A DNA stretch of 58,166 bases from an uncultured Planctomycetales bacterium (GTDB lineage Bacteria > Planctomycetota > Phycisphaerae > UBA1845 > CAYMME01): NCBI GenBank assembly GCA_964391465.1, contig CAYMME010000002.1:1-58166 (forward strand), in the 5' to 3' direction. Below are positions 56,653-58,166 of this stretch, one piece after another. The notes beneath the pieces are model-generated. The model was given only the letters and a program-made list of their open reading frames with translations. It ran no database searches and was not told the DNA's origin. The first letter of the stretch is position 1, and each line of letters opens with the position of its first letter. The translations under genes and the position numbers were made by a program.

Positions 56653-57747
56653 CTACCGGACCTCCATGCCTGCGGAGATCGCGGTCTCAAGAATCTCGAT
56701 GTCGTAGCTTCGGGCTTCGATGCCCTTGTCGGTGCGGTCCAGCCGGATGTAACGAAAGTCGTCGGCGTAGTCGTCCGCAAGCGCCTCTTGCGCGTGCCGC
56801 ACAAACTCGTAGCTGTGCGTCGTGGCGAAGACCTGACACGAGAGTTCCGTAGCGGCTTGTGCAATCGCCTTCCAGATCGTCGTCTGCACGGAATAGTGAA
56901 TCCCATTCTCAACTTCATCAATGAGGACAACACCGTTGCGCGCTTCGACCATGGCGAGCATGATGGTCAGCAAGCGCACGACCCCCTCGCCCATGAACAC
57001 CACCGGGTTCTTTCGGCGCTCATGGTGAAGACGACCGTGGACCACAGGCTCGCCCGCCACCAGGTTGAGCGTCAGTTCGTCGAGGCCAGGTTCGATGAGC
57101 TGCAAGAAGCGAATCACGCGCGCCGCTTCGCCGGCTTTGTCGAGCTCATCGAAGATCCGAGTTCCTTGTTCCGCGGGATGCGAGCGTGTTCCAACATAGG
57201 CAACCGGAGTGATCTCTCCAGAGCCGCCGTGCATCATATGCGTCGTGCTGCTCTTCGGGTCCACGGTCAACCAGAGTTTCTGCCCCTGGTTATTCCGAAA
57301 CTCTAGGGCTTCAGACGGTCCGGCGGGTTCGTCCGTGTCCAGCGCGCCGGCCTTCTCGTCGGGCACACAAGGGAACTTCGGCAAAGTGTGGGCTTTGACC
57401 AGCTTGATGCGCAGCTCTTCCGGCCCGGAGACCCCTTTGAGGGAGATCATGATCTCGCGCGCCAGGTCGTAGTCGCGAAACATTGGTGCCCATGCGATGT
57501 CCGCACGATGGTCAATCCTGCGGAGCCCCCGTCGAGCATATTGACCGAAGACGCGCTGTTCACTCAGATTGGCGAGGAAGAGCCAGAAGGCTTCCAGGAG
57601 CGCCGTCTTGCCCACGTTGTTCTTGCCGCCGATCAGGGTGATCCGGCGCAACTCGTCCACGGCAAACGACTCGAAGCACTTGAAGTTCTCAATCCGGATG
57701 CTTTCGATCACCGGACTATACTCCCCGCAGCCACCGCTCGGAACCAC
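56653..57747 (-). CDS. SMC/RecF/OLD-type ABC ATPase (AAA_15/AAA_21-like), soluble
   Basis: IESIRIENFKCFESF..LIGGKNNVGKTALLEA provides the N-terminal Walker A. MGEGVVRLL is signature-like. VVLIDEVENGIH is the Walker B/D-loop and FATTHS the H-loop. There is no TM, nuclease or helicase domain. GTG start at 57747, with an alternative GTG at 57711 preceded by GGGGAG. Confidence 0.8.
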   Translation of the reverse strand: MVPSGGCGEYSPVIESIRIENFKCFESFAVDELRRITLIGGKNNVGKTALLEAFWLFLANLSEQRVFGQYARRGLRRIDHRADIAWAPMFRDYDLAREIMISLKGVSGPEELRIKLVKAHTLPKFPCVPDEKAGALDTDEPAGPSEALEFRNNQGQKLWLTVDPKSSTTHMMHGGSGEITPVAYVGTRSHPAEQGTRIFDELDKAGEAARVIRFLQLIEPGLDELTLNLVAGEPVVHGRLHHERRKNPVVFMGEGVVRLLTIMLAMVEARNGVVLIDEVENGIHYSVQTTIWKAIAQAATELSCQVFATTHSYEFVRHAQEALADDYADDFRYIRLDRTDKGIEARSYDIEILETAISAGMEVR

Positions 57748-57750
57748 GAC

Positions 57751-58166
57751 TCAGTCGCGACTCCCCTGAACGGCTGTGTCTCCCTCCAAAGTACTCCCCA
57801 TTTGCTGATCCTGCAACGATCCGTTCGCGCCCATGCGGAAGATTCGTTCCGCTGCACCCGTCGGTAGCTCGGTCGGTGAGGCGATCAGGATCGTTGATTG
57901 CAGCTCGCTCAGGATCGTGGTTACAAGCATCGTTCCTTGTTCGTCCAGGTCGGCCAGGGGTTCGTCCAGGAGGAGCAGTTGGGGTTCGAGGATCAGGGCC
58001 CGAGCCAGGGCGGTGCGGCGGCGCTCACCGCCGGAGAGCGTTTCCACGCGGCGCGCGGACAACTCGGCGATGGCCAGCTTCTCCAACCACGACAGACCGA
58101 GCTTGCGGCCGGTTTCGCTCTGGCGGCGACGTGCCGGCAATCCGTACAGGACGTTGTGCAGGACGG
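57751..58166 (-). CDS. transporter-type ABC ATP-binding protein, partial (N-terminus outside the window)
   Basis: Signature LSGGERRRTALARAL and Walker B LLLLDEPLADLD are present. The reading frame stays open to the window edge. Confidence 0.8.
   Translation of the reverse strand, partial: VLHNVLYGLPARRRQSETGRKLGLSWLEKLAIAELSARRVETLSGGERRRTALARALILEPQLLLLDEPLADLDEQGTMLVTTILSELQSTILIASPTELPTGAAERIFRMGANGSLQDQQMGSTLEGDTAVQGSRD

Overview
High-GC window (about two thirds G+C by eye), densely coding on both strands. Gene content looks Planctomycetota/PVC-like: a PVC-type CxxCH heme protein with HEAT repeats, many Asp-box/BNR proteins, and Tat or signal-peptide secreted proteins. That taxonomic call is inference only. 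Order of content: rpmI-rplT; a MATE exporter; a BNR sialidase-like protein; a 1279-aa heme/HEAT/LamG protein; TauE-like, ThiF/MoeB-like and a molybdate/tungstate-type ABC transporter whose binding protein is a tandem double domain; a glycan-type cluster (cupin, secreted proteins, BNR_4-like, three uroporphyrinogen-decarboxylase-family paralogs, a polytopic membrane protein, NhaC, a Tat FAD oxidoreductase); a degenerate receiver gene followed by groES-groEL; a PQQ-like beta-propeller; a 988-aa propeller/di-heme-peroxidase-like fusion; an NfeD-NfeD-FloA operon; rfaE2; and a peptide-scavenging locus in which oppABC and oppDF are separated by about 8.3 kb carrying an OPT transporter, an M3 oligoendopeptidase, a radical SAM/SPASM enzyme and a secreted protein. 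At the 3' edge sits a two-gene cassette (SMC/OLD-type ABC ATPase plus a small TOPRIM-like protein) with the architecture of PARIS/AbiL-class anti-phage systems. This is my best candidate for an uncharacterised system. Several families of palindromic REP/MITE-like intergenic repeats are scattered through the window, some inside operons, and they create spurious N-terminal ORF extensions. I found no rRNA, tRNA, CRISPR array, transposase or integrase. All functional calls rest on motif and family recognition by eye. No searches were run.
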